Shown here: in pieces, positions 52,234-64,000 of the stretch
Layout of the letters: every line of letters begins with the position of its first letter
Position numbering within the stretch: position 1 is the stretch's first letter
Assembly (NCBI GenBank): GCA_030704615.1
Contig: CM060734.1
Location: 56,234,001 to 56,298,000 of the forward strand
DNA from: Takakia lepidozioides
Taxonomy: Eukaryota > Plantae > Bryophyta
DNA length: 64,000 nt
Direction: 5' to 3'
Program-made: the position numbers and the translations under genes
Notes under the pieces: model-generated
What the model saw: only the letters and a program-made list of their open reading frames with translations
Databases searched by the model: none
What the model was told of the DNA's origin: nothing

Positions 52234-53590
52234 TGAAGCCAATTTGTTTGTTTTGTTTTGTTTTGTTTTGTAGCGTTGAGAGGTCCCAAACCGTGAGGCC
52301 TGGGTGCTGGTGCCTGGTACTGTTGGAAAGCCCTCGAGGAGGAGAGGTGCACCGGCTTGGTCTCATGACTTTTGGACTTGCGGTGTGGGAAATATGGAAT
52401 TTCAAGTACTTTTGGTCGCTGGAAATTCATGAAAAATAGCAAAGTGGGCATTCCTGGGACAATGGTGGGACCCTTGACAGGAGATATATCAAGGGACAAG
52501 TCTCCGGTTCAAATCTGGTTGTAGCCTTTCTGGAAAAAAACGATGAGATATGGCTAAAATGAATTTCAAGTACTTTTGGTCGTTGCACAATGATTGGAGC
52601 CTCAACATGAGAGATATCAAGGGAAAGGTCTCCGGTTCAAATCTAGTCGTAGGCTCTGTGGAAAAAAAATGATCAGATATGGCTTGCTTCATATATTGAT
52701 GCACTTGGACTTAGATGACCCTGGATACTTGGGCCAACGGCACAGGCTACCCTATCAATCTATGAAGGAAGCCAATTTGTTTGTTTTGTTTTGTTTTGTA
52801 GTGTTGAGATGTCCCAAACCGCGAGGCTCCAACACTGGTGCTTGGTACCGTTGGAAAGCCCTCGACGAGGAGGGATGCACCGGCTTGGTCTCATGACTTT
52901 TGGACCTGCGGTGTGGGAGATACGGAATTCCAAGTACTTTTGGTCACTGTACATTCACGAAAAAATAGCAAAAATGGCAAAGTGGGCATTCTTGGGACAA
53001 TGGTTGGAACCTTGACGGGAGATATTTCAAGGGAAATGTCTCCGGTTCAAATTTGGTCGTAGGCTGTGTGGAAAAAATCTTACCTAGATGACATTGGACA
53101 CTTGGGCCAACGGCAAAGGTTATCCTAGAGGTTGCATTTGGGCCTCGACATAGGAGTCACACTTTGATACATAGGGGATTGCACTTGGACTTAGATGACA
53201 CTAGACACTTGGGCCAACAACACAGGCTACCCTAGAGACGGATACATAGAAGATTGCACTTGGGCTTAAATTAATGGCCTTGACATAGGCCGCGACGCAC
53301 TTGCCTACATTGGAAATTGCACTTGGTCTTAGATTTCACACATAAGCCAAAGGCGTAGGCTACACTCGAGGTCGCACTTGGGCCTCAACACAGGAGACGC
53401 ACTTACATATGAAATTGTACTTGGTCTTAGATTTCAATTCTTCACACACATGGGCCAAAGGCACATGCTACCCTAGAGGTTGCACTTGGGCCTCGACATA
53501 GAGGACGCACTGGGATACATAGATGATCTTACATTTGGGCTTAGATGACACTGGACACTTGGGCCAACAACACATGCTACCTTAGTTATG
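52234..53590. repeat. TE subterminal-type tandem repeats
   Basis: A ~300-bp block at 52234 is repeated at ~52768. Multiple ttgcacttgg..ttagatgacact.gacacttgggccaa units at 52700-53590. Confidence 0.75.
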
Positions 53591-53703
53591 TTGCAAAATT
53601 CAATCTTTGCATTACATAATAACAACGTTGCAGATTTTAGTATCCAAATCGAAGCAAGCTTAGTTAAAAGAAGACTGATTGCAACCCTCATCGTCAAATA
53701 AAC

Positions 53704-54246
53704 CAGCTGTCGTGCGCATACATATCGCTACACAACTACATCGTTGTCCAAACCACACCACACATATATGCACAATAAAGTAGTCTGCCACAATGATATG
53801 AAAACTAAACTCACACTGTCTCTATTGACACAAAACACGAAATACAATACAATCACTCGTTAAAATAAGAGTCGAGCTAGGGGCACCCCAAGGTATGGGG
53901 ACTCCACCCCACAACATCATGCTCTCCCTCCATAAGTACACTAAGATACTAAGCAGCGAGGGAGCTCGGTCGGGCAGGCTCAACTCGAAGATGAGCCGCA
54001 CGACTGACAAGCTCGTGAAGATAAGATGGTTCAGGTGTCAAGCTAAACTTGACACCTGACTTAACACTTGAACTAATTCCAAGTGTTAAATACAAATAAC
54101 TAGATTTATTCTAGTTAGTTTCACACTGTGTTTATTTAACTTGACAGCTGTCGTGCGCATATGTATCGCTATACAACTACATTGTTGTCCAAACCACACC
54201 ACACATATATGCACAATAAAGTAGTCTGCCACAATCGCCCCCCTAG
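53704..54246 (-). repeat. 3' LTR region and PPT of the DNMT-bearing Gypsy element
   Basis: Minus-strand PPT ctaggggggcgat then TGTGGCAG at 54233. A ~90-bp direct repeat occurs at 53704-53794 and 54145-54235. Confidence 0.7.
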
Positions 54247-54494
54247 CTGGTGGTTAGGTCCCTCTAACTCCATATAAAGATGTAATAGCCACAGCCGTAC
54301 TAAGTCCTCTATCACTGTCCCTATTGTACTCAAATTCTATATACCAAGAGGCTGGGTACAAGAGCAGCCCCATCGTTAGTCGCCGTCTTGCAATCTGTGA
54401 ACTTGAACCAGGATCTTGTGTGTTGGTCTCCTAGTAGTTTGGCCTTACATTTCTTGTTAGCCTTCCATGGTTGTATCCACTCCCACTATCCAAT

Positions 54495-54628
54495 GCAATG
54501 TGGACATAACCAATCCCCATCAGGAACCATCTCAAGAGGTGAGTCAAGCATCCCATATGCCAACCTCTAGAGCATTGATCACACACCAGCATGGTGGCTG
54601 CCCCTCTAGCAGACCCACACAACATGCA
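54495..54628 (-). pseudogene. PHD finger at the integrase C-terminus
   Basis: CMLC...MLVCDQCSRGWHMGCLT/PLEMVPDGDWLCPHC gives C4-H-C3 after correcting one frameshift. Confidence 0.9.
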
Positions 54629-55022
54629 CCTCAAACTTGCAGGTACCACTGCCAGGTTTGGGTCAATCCTGCCATCGACATTCGGAAGGTGACATGGCGC
54701 GCAATTACGCATATGGTCCTTCCAAGTCATGCCATCCCGACCCTCCAAGATCAAGATGCCTGAGGGCAGTACCTCTCGAACCTTCAAAATAACACGTCAT
54801 GCAGTCACATCCAGGGTCGTTGGAGCAGTTTGCTGCAGAGAAATATAGTCACCAGGGTGAAATCTCTGAACCCCAGGACGATAGCCCCCACCACGTATGG
54901 TAGCATACCTCAACGTATCACGACGTTTTGCAATGGCAAGGTTCTCAAAAGCCATGGGCATGACTTTCTTAAACAACTCCGCGTGCTGACCACATGCACG
55001 TGCCCACACGTCCGGATCGTCA

Positions 55023-56772
55023 AGACCTATAGATACAGTGACATGGAGAGGTCCTTGATTCAGATGGGGACTTAGGACCTTTGGGAGGCTGGTTTGGTGG
55101 AGCTATCTGGTGGAGGGTATGCTTCAGCCACAGTGATGCCACCCAAGAAGGATGTCTATGGCAATTGGATGGAGAGATGTATGTGCGGTGATTACCGACC
55201 TGTAAATCGTCAGACCAAGTCCAATAGGTATGCCATGCCGACACCAAAGGAGATCTTTGATGCCATTGGGCATGCCGAGGTCTTTAGCACTTTGGATTTA
55301 CGATCCGGATATCACCAGTTGCCGATCAAGGAGGCGGATAAGCAGAAGACGGCATTCTGGGGGATCAATGAGCACGGGAAGGATTGCCTATACCAGTGGC
55401 GGTTCTTACCATTTGGGATTAAGAACGCTCCTGCAAAGTTTCAGAGAATCATGGACAGGATTCTAGCAGGGGTGGAGTTTGCTCGGTGCTACATAGATAC
55501 CATCATCATCTTTAGTGCTATGGTGGAGGAGCATGAGAGACAACTTCAGGTGATATTTGAGCGCTTGAGGGCGCACGGATTGCAGTTACATCCGGGGAAG
55601 TGCAAGTTTTTCCACAACCAAATTGAGTATCTGGGTCACATGATATATCCTGGAGGATTGGGGGTATAGCAAACTAAGGTAGAGGCCATTGCACAGATTC
55701 CACGCCCCACGGATGTGAGCCGAGTTCAAGCTTTCATGGGGTTGGCAAACTATTATAGACAGTTTGTCAAGGGATTTAGTGCCAGTGCAAAGGCTCTAAC
55801 CAAGCTGACCAAGGTGGACCAGGAGTGGCAGTGGGAAGATGAGCAAGAAAAAGCTTTTCAAGAGCTCAAGGCGAGGTTGACCTCGGCGCCCATCTTGAGA
55901 CGACCTATCGGGGGCGTCCTTTTCAGCTGCATACAGATTGGAGCATGCTGGGGCTTGGAGCGGTGTTCACACATGTGGATGATGAGGGAAGAGAGTTCGT
56001 AGTGGCTTATGCTAGCCGCTCGAACAACGCTGCAGAGGCTAAGTATAGCTCATATGAGGGAGAGTGTTTAGCTGCAGTGTGGGCCGTGGCACACTTCAAG
56101 TGCTATCTATACGGCAATCTCTTCACCCTTGTCACGGATCACCAGCCACTCAAGTGGTTGATGGAGTCAGACAAGCTTACGGGGAAGCTTGCACGGTGGG
56201 CACTCATACTTCAAGAGTATGACTTTCAGGTTGTGCATCGACCGGGTTTGGTCAATCGGGATGCGGATGGGTTGAGTCGCAATCCATGCACGAGCCAACA
56301 TGATGACACTGGAGCTCGGTGGCATGGTGAGACGGACAAGGAGATGGTGCCCGGATGGCATGCATCTACATTTTCTATGTATCTTGGTAGCGGAAGGCCA
56401 GATTGGACCTACAACAGGGATGACTGTAGACCAAGTGTCTGAGGACCCTTAGGCCAGCAATGAGCAAGGTGGCGCCAAAGATATACATAAGGATTCAGCT
56501 GTGTTGGACTATCTCCGCACTGGAGACACGACAGCCACTGTGACTGCCAAGGAGAGGGATCGGATCCTACATCGAGCCAAGAGGTTCAAGTGGGAGGGGA
56601 CACACCTGCTCCGAGTGTGGGAGGATGGTCGAGTGAGGATTATGCCTCACCCAACACAGTGGACACGGTTAGTGCGGCATGCCCATGAGGAGTTGGGGCA
56701 TTTTGGGGTGCGACGCACTCATAGTCTATTGCAGGGGCAGTATTGGCGGCGTGGTATGCACACAAAGGGTCT
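55023..56772 (+). pseudogene. Inverted RT - RNaseH - integrase N-terminal segment of the same element
   Basis: MCGDYRPVN, LDLRSGYHQ, PFGIKNAPAKFQ, YIDT(D), TDWS..GLGAV, TDHQPLKWL, HEELGHFG. AGACC/GGTCT junction microhomology. Confidence 0.92.
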
Positions 56773-57291
56773 CTGAAAGATTGGCGTGTCAGTGGCCAAT
56801 TCAATGCGAATCTCTTGACCCTTCAGTGCTCCCAAGTTCTTCAAACTAAAGGCAAAGCAGTTCCTATAAGCCATCAAGAACCGCCGTATACGTCGTCTCT
56901 CTCCTCCGGTGACTATAGGTCCAACATCAGGCTCCCAGTTGTCCTCCGTGACTGCAACCTTGAGTCCAGCAGGTTTAGAGGTAGAAGACACGTCCCGTGG
57001 TTGTTATGTTGCAACCTCTTGAGCAGTGACCACTGCCTGCTCTGTCAGTGACAATGTCTCATCCTGCCCCATTATCCCATCCTTGAGGACCTCCTCAACT
57101 CGAGAAAAATCCCCAACCTCATCCATCATCGCCGCCTTGGCTGCCAACTCCCTCTGAACCTCAAGCACCTCCCACGTGTGCCATGGATGTGGCCTGCACC
57201 TCGTGGTCCTCACCTGTTCGCCCCCACTCGCCGCCTGTACCATCTCGGTAGGCAGAGAGACCATCAAGGGCTCCTTAGCCATAGCCAAGCT

Positions 57292-58224
57292 GATAATCCA
57301 GGTCAAGGAATTGAGATCCATTGCTTGCCCCAACACCTGACGACGTGATGCCTCAGAAAGAGATGGCACCGCCGTGGTAAAACCCATCGGCCGCTCGCGC
57401 TCGTCAGCATTGGGCTCCACTAATTGCTGCAACTGGCTATCCCACAAGAGGCTAGGTCCACCATCCCGGAAAGCATGAAATCCTGGAAAGCTGAGCAGTG
57501 TAGGTAATGCGGCTCGTGGGTTACCCATCTTATTGACCACTGCCAAAGGTGATCGGTCATCGTGTCTCACACGCTGAGACTGTCTCCCTATGTCCAAAAT
57601 GCTATCCACCGTCAGGTTTGGTGGCCGCTACATCCCATCAAATGCACGCTTGAGCAGTGCAGGTGGCATCAAGTTGGTCCACCATAGTCGTGGGCGATGA
57701 GCTCGTGACCCCACTGCAACTGCATCCAACAACACTGCTGACCCAAACCAAGACCGCACTTGATGTATACTGGCCATCACCTTGGCCCGCGAATCACCCA
57801 TCAATGGCACATTCTCCAAGATATATGCCGGAGAGTTTGTCTGCTGAAGCTGTAAATAGCGCAGGATCCTCAACATCTCCCAAAACAGGCGTGACCTTGA
57901 GTCTTGTAACCCATTGGCATGCCCGGCTGATGAATGCCCTTGGCAGGGCCAACCTGCCACTACCAAGCGAATAGGGCCAAGCCACTCCAAATCCTGCGCC
58001 CCCAGCAAAGAGATGTCTGCTGGCAAGGCTTGCTGGTATCCACGAACTGCAGACACTGGCAACAAATCAGGGTACTGCTGCACCAACTGAGCAACATGGC
58101 GCAGTGAGACGCGCCGTGCAGTCTCATCCATCTCCACATATAGGTAACGTCAAACTCGTACATATGCCTGCAGCACTGCAGCCAATCCAGTGCTGATCCC
58201 GCCAAACAAGTTCAGAAGACATAT
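57292..58224 (-). pseudogene. DNMT3-like C5-cytosine DNA methyltransferase domain inside the pol frame
   Basis: Motif I LNLFGGI, II YVEMD, III ADI, IV VAGWPCQGHS, VI ILENV, VIII AHRPRLWWTNL, IX ERERPMGF, X RRQVLGQAMD in canonical order. Two in-frame stops. Confidence 0.93.
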
Positions 58225-61200
58225 GCCTTCATCCGGGCACTGCCACACAAGAGGTGTGGTATCCAATGGCGACAACTGAGGTGGTCCTGGTGCAATCACC
58301 GCACTCTCCTCATCTCCTGACGGTACAAAGGCCTCTACCCAGGCTTGTTGCACACGTCTATCAGCAGCCTACTGCAAATCCTTGCTCGTACCCCACAATG
58401 GAGTGTGAGCAACCATGGCAGGCAACTCCGCCGTACCATGCATGTCATCCTGCTCTGCTGGAGATGGCACATCCTCTGCATGGGCATTGCCCTCCAGCAA
58501 CTCTCCAGGCCAACTAACTGCAGCTGTGAAGGCTGCTAGTGTTGGCATCTTGCCCCGCTGGGCAGCAGCAACACCCCCAATGAATGTCACAGGGAACTGT
58601 ACACGACGACCATCCCTTGACTGCCATCCAGGCCTGTAGGATGCTGACTCCTCCTAAAAATCTAGGGTGAAGCCCATGGAATACAACATTGCCCCACCAA
58701 CGAGGACATTGTAAGAGACCGCGTCTGTCACAATGGCCTTGGCTCGCATTACTGAGCCATCTATAGGATGATCCGGCTGTAGTCTAATGGCCAACTCACG
58801 TCGTGTCATGCCCTGAGCCTGCTCTGATCCTCCCAGAGATGTCTGTATCTGGAAAGGACAAGGCTCTATATCCACCTCTATGAGGCCCAAACCTGCAATA
58901 TCAGCTCTGCCCAACATCAGTGGCTGAGCTCGCGAGTCCAACAAGACCCACAGTGGCCGGTACCTCTTGCCTACCGGTCCACTCAAAGAGAAAATGTCAT
59001 CCTGGTTGTCTAACAAGACAACTCCAGGTGTCACCATGGCGCGCTCAAAGGCTGGCCTAGCTGGCAGCTCCGTCAACCTGGCAGCTGCAGCTTGCCATGG
59101 CGCAGCCGTGGCAGTCTTGACCCTCAAATCCGAGGATCCCTCTGCCACTACACCTTCCACTAATTCCGCAGAAGATGAAGTGACCTCCCCACTCTCGCAG
59201 AGTGTTGCTGCTAGTCTGAATACTGCAGCTGGTCTTACCCCCGGCGTCGCAATCATGGTTGCCAAGAACAGTGGGGCCTAACACACAGAGGTGGCCACCC
59301 CCAACAACACACTAGCTGCACTAGCCTTGGCAGCAGGTGTCAGTGCTGCACGTGTAGCTCTCCCCAATGGCACAATAACATCCGCCTCGGTATCCATCGG
59401 GCGAGAACTAGGTGCCATGGATGGCGTCGACACTGTCTCCGCCAAGATGAATGATTGAGGCAACCTAGCCTGACGGCTTGCCTCCCCACGTTGTGGATCC
59501 AACTCCACCGCTGCACCTCGTGGCTCAGGAACTCGTGCTGCTCCTCGAATGACGGCTGTAGCAGAATCCACATGTATAAGTGGCCATTCAAGTGCTTCCC
59601 CGCACATAAATCCCATGCCTCCCATGTCTCCTCCATCAGGATGACGCTACTGAGGAGGAACAGGAGGTGGACCCTCAGGTCTTGGAGCTGGTACCGCCAG
59701 AGCTGTGGCCATGGCAGCAAGCCGTTGCTCTAGCTGCTGAAGCCGGTTGGCCATGCCTTGGTCAACGCCCTTACCTCCACGTCCTTGGCCATAATGTGCT
59801 TGCCCTCCTCCTGCACCTCGTGCCTAACCATCTCGTCCTCTCTAAGGTGCTCCACCTTGCCCTCGGCCACCATTGTTCCCTTGGAACTGGCCTCGCCGCA
59901 ACTCAGGGTGCAAGTCATAATACTGGGCATCTCTATGCCCATACTTGCCACAATGCCCACACTGCAACTGTGCAGGCTGTGCTTGTGTCGGCCTTTTGCC
60001 ACTCTCTGGGCAATCTTTCTTGACATGGGGTCCTCCACATGTCCAACATACCACCCCTGGTTGCTATTGGCCTGCAAAAGAAGCTACTGGCCTCTGCACC
60101 TGAGGTCCCCTGTAAGCTCCATGGAATTTGGGTTGGGCAACCTTGCCCCCCTGACCACGCTGTTGGGCAGTCCCTTGTGCCTGTTGGCTGGCAGCTGCGC
60201 CTCGTGCAGACATGTCTTTGCCAAATCCAATGGTAACAACTCGCTCCTCCACCATGTTGAGCTCAATCCGCTCAGCCAGCAGAAACACATATGCTAATGT
60301 GGGTTGGGCCGCTTGTAACAAGGTTGCATCCCGCACCCTTCTCCTGAGCTCCTTGTCCAAAATTCCATATTAGAACTGGACTGCCTAAGGTTCAGTAACC
60401 CCTTGGGTCACACTTATCAAGCGCCTCATACGAGTGTAGGCCTCTCGCAAGCTCTCACTGGATTTGCGCTGGAAGTCTTGCAAACTTCGCAGCTTCTCTG
60501 TCCGTACGCCTTGGTAGTTCCTCCGCAACTCTTGGAAGAACTCTACCAATGGGTTGAATCTAGGCACATGTGTTGTAGTCGTGGCAGGAGGAGTAGAAGC
60601 ACCTTTTGAACTGGTACCACCTACAGAAGTACCGACACTGCTTGTTCCACTACTAGTGCTGGCAGTGGGAGATATTGGTGTTGATGCAACTACTGGTCAC
60701 GTCGTGCCTCGAGTAATGGAGACGTAGTCAGGTGACCAATACATCCTCCACTCCTCAATCTCTGCTTCATATCCTCACCTGAACTCGTGGTAATCGTCCA
60801 TAGGCGGGCCTTCCAAATGCTGGAACAGTCCCTTACACGCCATGAATGGGGTGAACAGCTGTGGATTGCGCATCTGCTGCAAATCACACCAGCTGTCGAA
60901 CTCCTGGATAAAATCATCCAGCTCGATTGTGCCCACAGCTCCAGAGTACCTATGAGGCCCCTTGGTAGCTCCATACATCTCCTCCATGTCGTCCCACAAT
61001 AATGACGAAGAAAACTTCACACCTGTTGATGAAGCCTCCGAGTCTGTGTCAGACTCTACACTAGTTGAGGGTGGAGGCGAAGGTGGTCTGAACCGAACAC
61101 CTCATCTTGTGAACCCACTCTCACTGCTACTGCCTGTAGCTGGACTCCCCTCAAAACCCTTGGGTAACTCTGTGATGACACTCACAACCCACACCTCCCC

Positions 61201-64000
61201 CACGTGATACTATAAAGCTCTAGTACTAATTCTAATAGTGACACGGGTGGGCACCTGTTGCGGTTTAAGGGTCATATCCCAGTGGCTCAGGGCACCTGCA
61301 CCTGCATCCACCGCAAGAACTCTTATGGTTGGCTGATCATCAACCCAGTCTCACCATAAAAGAAACACTGGTGGTCTTGCTGGTCATCACTCCAGCCTCA
61401 CCACCGACAGCATACTCTAGGATTGACCGTTGATCAAATCCGGCCTAATCCCTACGAAAGCAAGCGCCCACACAAAACCAACATGGCGCACAGTCAAGCA
61501 TGCAGGTGTTGGGGGGGATCCAAACACAAGAAATCAAAACATCAACACCCCCACACCAAAATCCATCTGCAGTGCTGCTCCTGCAGAATACCCCAACCCA
61601 AAAACCCGGACTGACTCTTGCCTCCACCTATGGAAAGGTTTTGGCCTACCGAGAGGGTGGAAAGCTATGGGAAGGAGAGACTAAAGCAATTCCTAAACCC
61701 AGCATGCCCTCATCCCGACACCCTTCATTTCCTCTCTAGCCATACACTAATGTCAAAAAGTGACAGGTGAGTTACAAACAGACAGCTAAGTGATCATCGC
61801 TGACTTTAAACAGCTTCTTCAATAGACCTCAAATAGATGTGGGGAGGATCTAATTTACATTAGAAGAATTCTATAGATTTTTGGTCAGGTCCAAAAACTA
61901 AAACCAGATCTAGGTAGGTAGATTTCCGCATTCTGTAGGTCCCTGCACAAGTTTTGGGTCAAATGGCCTTGGTATGCCAAAGTTATGGCCAAACAGGCTC
62001 TATCTAATTTAAATTAGATCAAAGAACGAATTTCTTTAATTTTTCACACCCAAAACGTTCTCGACATTAAAAGCTGCTCCCAAGTCATCTACGAGTTCCC
62101 AACAATGTAGTTCTCACAGATTCCCTGGATTTCACCTACAGGTGTTTCAAACATACACCAGTGAACTGCTCTGCTCCAGCCAAGATCTATAGCTATGCTG
62201 ACTCCGGGGCTTTGATCTTCGCATCCACTCCATCTAGCACACCCTTCCATGCCACGCTTGGCGTGCACATGCCTCAGGGAAGCAATCTGAACAACTCCAA
62301 CTTCGGCCACCCACAATGAACTCCTTCGCTCTTCATCAGGGCTGCCAAGTTCTATTGCAAGCACATGTAAATGAATTACGTGGAGCCTGAGTCACACATC
62401 TGCCCCTTCAGTTGATCACTTGTCTATCAAGGCATTTTCCCACACCTAAGTGGGTTATACCCTCCTTCACCTTGCTGTCCCACCACTAGGAGAACTTCAT
62501 GAGATCAGCCACAACTATCTCATACCCCGGAGTTGCCCTACATGTGAGGTCCACCAACATTCGGCTGTCCCTTCCATTCACACCTTGCTGGGCATACCCT
62601 GTATTAATCACACTCCCTCAGACCAGATTTCAGCCACGTCATCAGTCGCTCCAACCTTCTCTATGCTGCTGCAACTGACCAGTACAGTGATTAAACAACT
62701 CGAGGTGCTTGCTTCTTGAGATCCCAAAGCCCATCAGATCTGACCAACATGATCGTAGACATACCCTTTGCCATCATCCAACAGGTGGAAGCTCAGTCTC
62801 CTTTATGTCCTGACTCAGATTCGCAATCCGCACACTATCCATTAAATTTGGCCCGAGTCGGCTCTTCCTTTCACCACGATCCTCAAGCTTGGCTTGTCCT
62901 GGTTCTCCATTTTAAAATACTATTCTGTATTGACAAGAACAACCTCCAGGGAGTTTGCCAAACTGGTGTTAAACTATTCCCCCAAGACCAAGAAAATCAT
63001 ACGACGTCACCGTTGCGGCCACTGGACAGACCACCTTCTTGCTACATTCATGCCCGCATACTCTGCTGGAGCGAACTGATGAAAACCCTGTCACTTATCA
63101 GACCTCCGCGCTACCCGCATGCCACCAAATGAGGACTTCCAAACAAAAACGATCACTTGTCAACGTAACTATGTAGCTTGTTAAGCGACTGTCGAACATA
63201 TAACGACCAGTTTGCCAAGGTAACGAGCTCCCCACTGCTCTGATTTGCCGAGGATCTTCCCATAATCATCTTTCACACTCCCAGTGCAAGACAACCGTGG
63301 CCTGGGCTCCCTCCGCTTCTGTTAAATATGCGTGCCTGCCTCCGGCCACCTAACCACCAACTGGCCACTTGATTGATATCATTCCCTGTAACCACCACCT
63401 TTGAATCAAAGGTCTCAGGAACATGGTTCAGTACAGCCGTTGGTCATATTATCATATCGTCATATTTCCTTGCTTCTAGGTCAATGTGATCATCGACCCT
63501 TTAGAACCTGCCTGATAAGCTCATATTCACAGGTCTATAGCCGCATCGTCATATTCTTTCACACACTGCCATTAATTGGGTCTTTAGCTGAAACCCAATC
63601 AACTAGCTTTTGCAGCCGCTCCTCACTAATACCACCGCAAAGCAAACATGCATACTAGACAAAGTCCCCGAGTAAGACATATTTCATGAGCAACCTTCAT
63701 CGGATTTCTGCTCCATCATAAACAACATATTACCTGCATACAGGTACTTCCAGAGTGAAGGTTACTATGAGCATCTGTGCATAGCCTCAATCTCTATGCA
63801 CAAAGCGCCTGCTGGTACAAATTGGTTAACTCTTGCGGACTGCCCTCTCCCAACCTAAAGGTTGATTGCTCCCTGCAACCTTGGTGTCAGACATGGAGCA
63901 GATTTGATTGACCCGTAAATCCCCTACCCTGGTCGCTGGGAGTTCTGAGATGCTATGAAGTGATGTAACCAGTCGACCACAAAACGCATCAAAGAATATT

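Larger units (their letters stand above)
53704..61210 (-). mobile_element. Ty3/Gypsy retrotransposon: gag - protease - C5 DNA methyltransferase - RT - RNaseH - integrase - PHD; decayed and internally inverted
   Basis: Gag (59842-61020, with CWTCGGPH...C and CGHCGKYGH knuckles), protease LLDS(R)A (~58930), DNMT (57292-58224), RT/RH (inverted), integrase tail and PHD. 5' LTR not located. Confidence 0.92.

Noticed and set aside
53080-53590. CRISPR-like repeat-spacer array
   Set aside because: Repeats are degenerate, the intervening sequence is itself repetitive, there are no cas genes, and the context is eukaryotic TE sequence.
57292-58224. Host DNMT3/DRM gene or bacterial restriction-modification MTase
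   Set aside because: It has no introns or own start, is in frame with retroviral protease and RT, and has no neighbouring restriction enzyme or bacterial context.
61210-64000. 5' LTR/PBS of the DNMT element, or a further gene
   Set aside because: No copy of the 54149-54233 repeat or recognisable PBS was found, and the ORFs have no motif I can identify.

Overview
Eukaryotic, transposon-dense window from a land plant. The host markers are an OVATE domain, a lambda-class GST, PLS-type PPR repeats and a plastid CRM/YhbY protein; the TE spectrum suggests a non-seed plant, which is inference. In order it holds: two nested Ty3/Gypsy elements (1-5343); a hAT element with TIRs, an 8-bp TSD and a solo LTR inside (6131-11034); a 5'-truncated RNaseH+RLE non-LTR element (11362-13231); a truncated Copia; host genes and gene fragments (OFP, GSTL, an intronless two-repeat protein, PPR, CRM, D2HGDH); a ~0.5-kb-unit tandem array; a MULE with a convergent Ulp1-protease gene; and a decayed Ty3/Gypsy element (about 53.7-61.2 kb, minus strand). 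The main finding is that last element: one reading frame runs protease -> complete DNMT3-like C5-cytosine methyltransferase -> RT, and its integrase ends in a PHD finger. A second, independent candidate is a PCIF1/CAPAM-like N6-adenine methyltransferase fold inside the non-LTR element. All family assignments are by eye from motifs; no database search was run.
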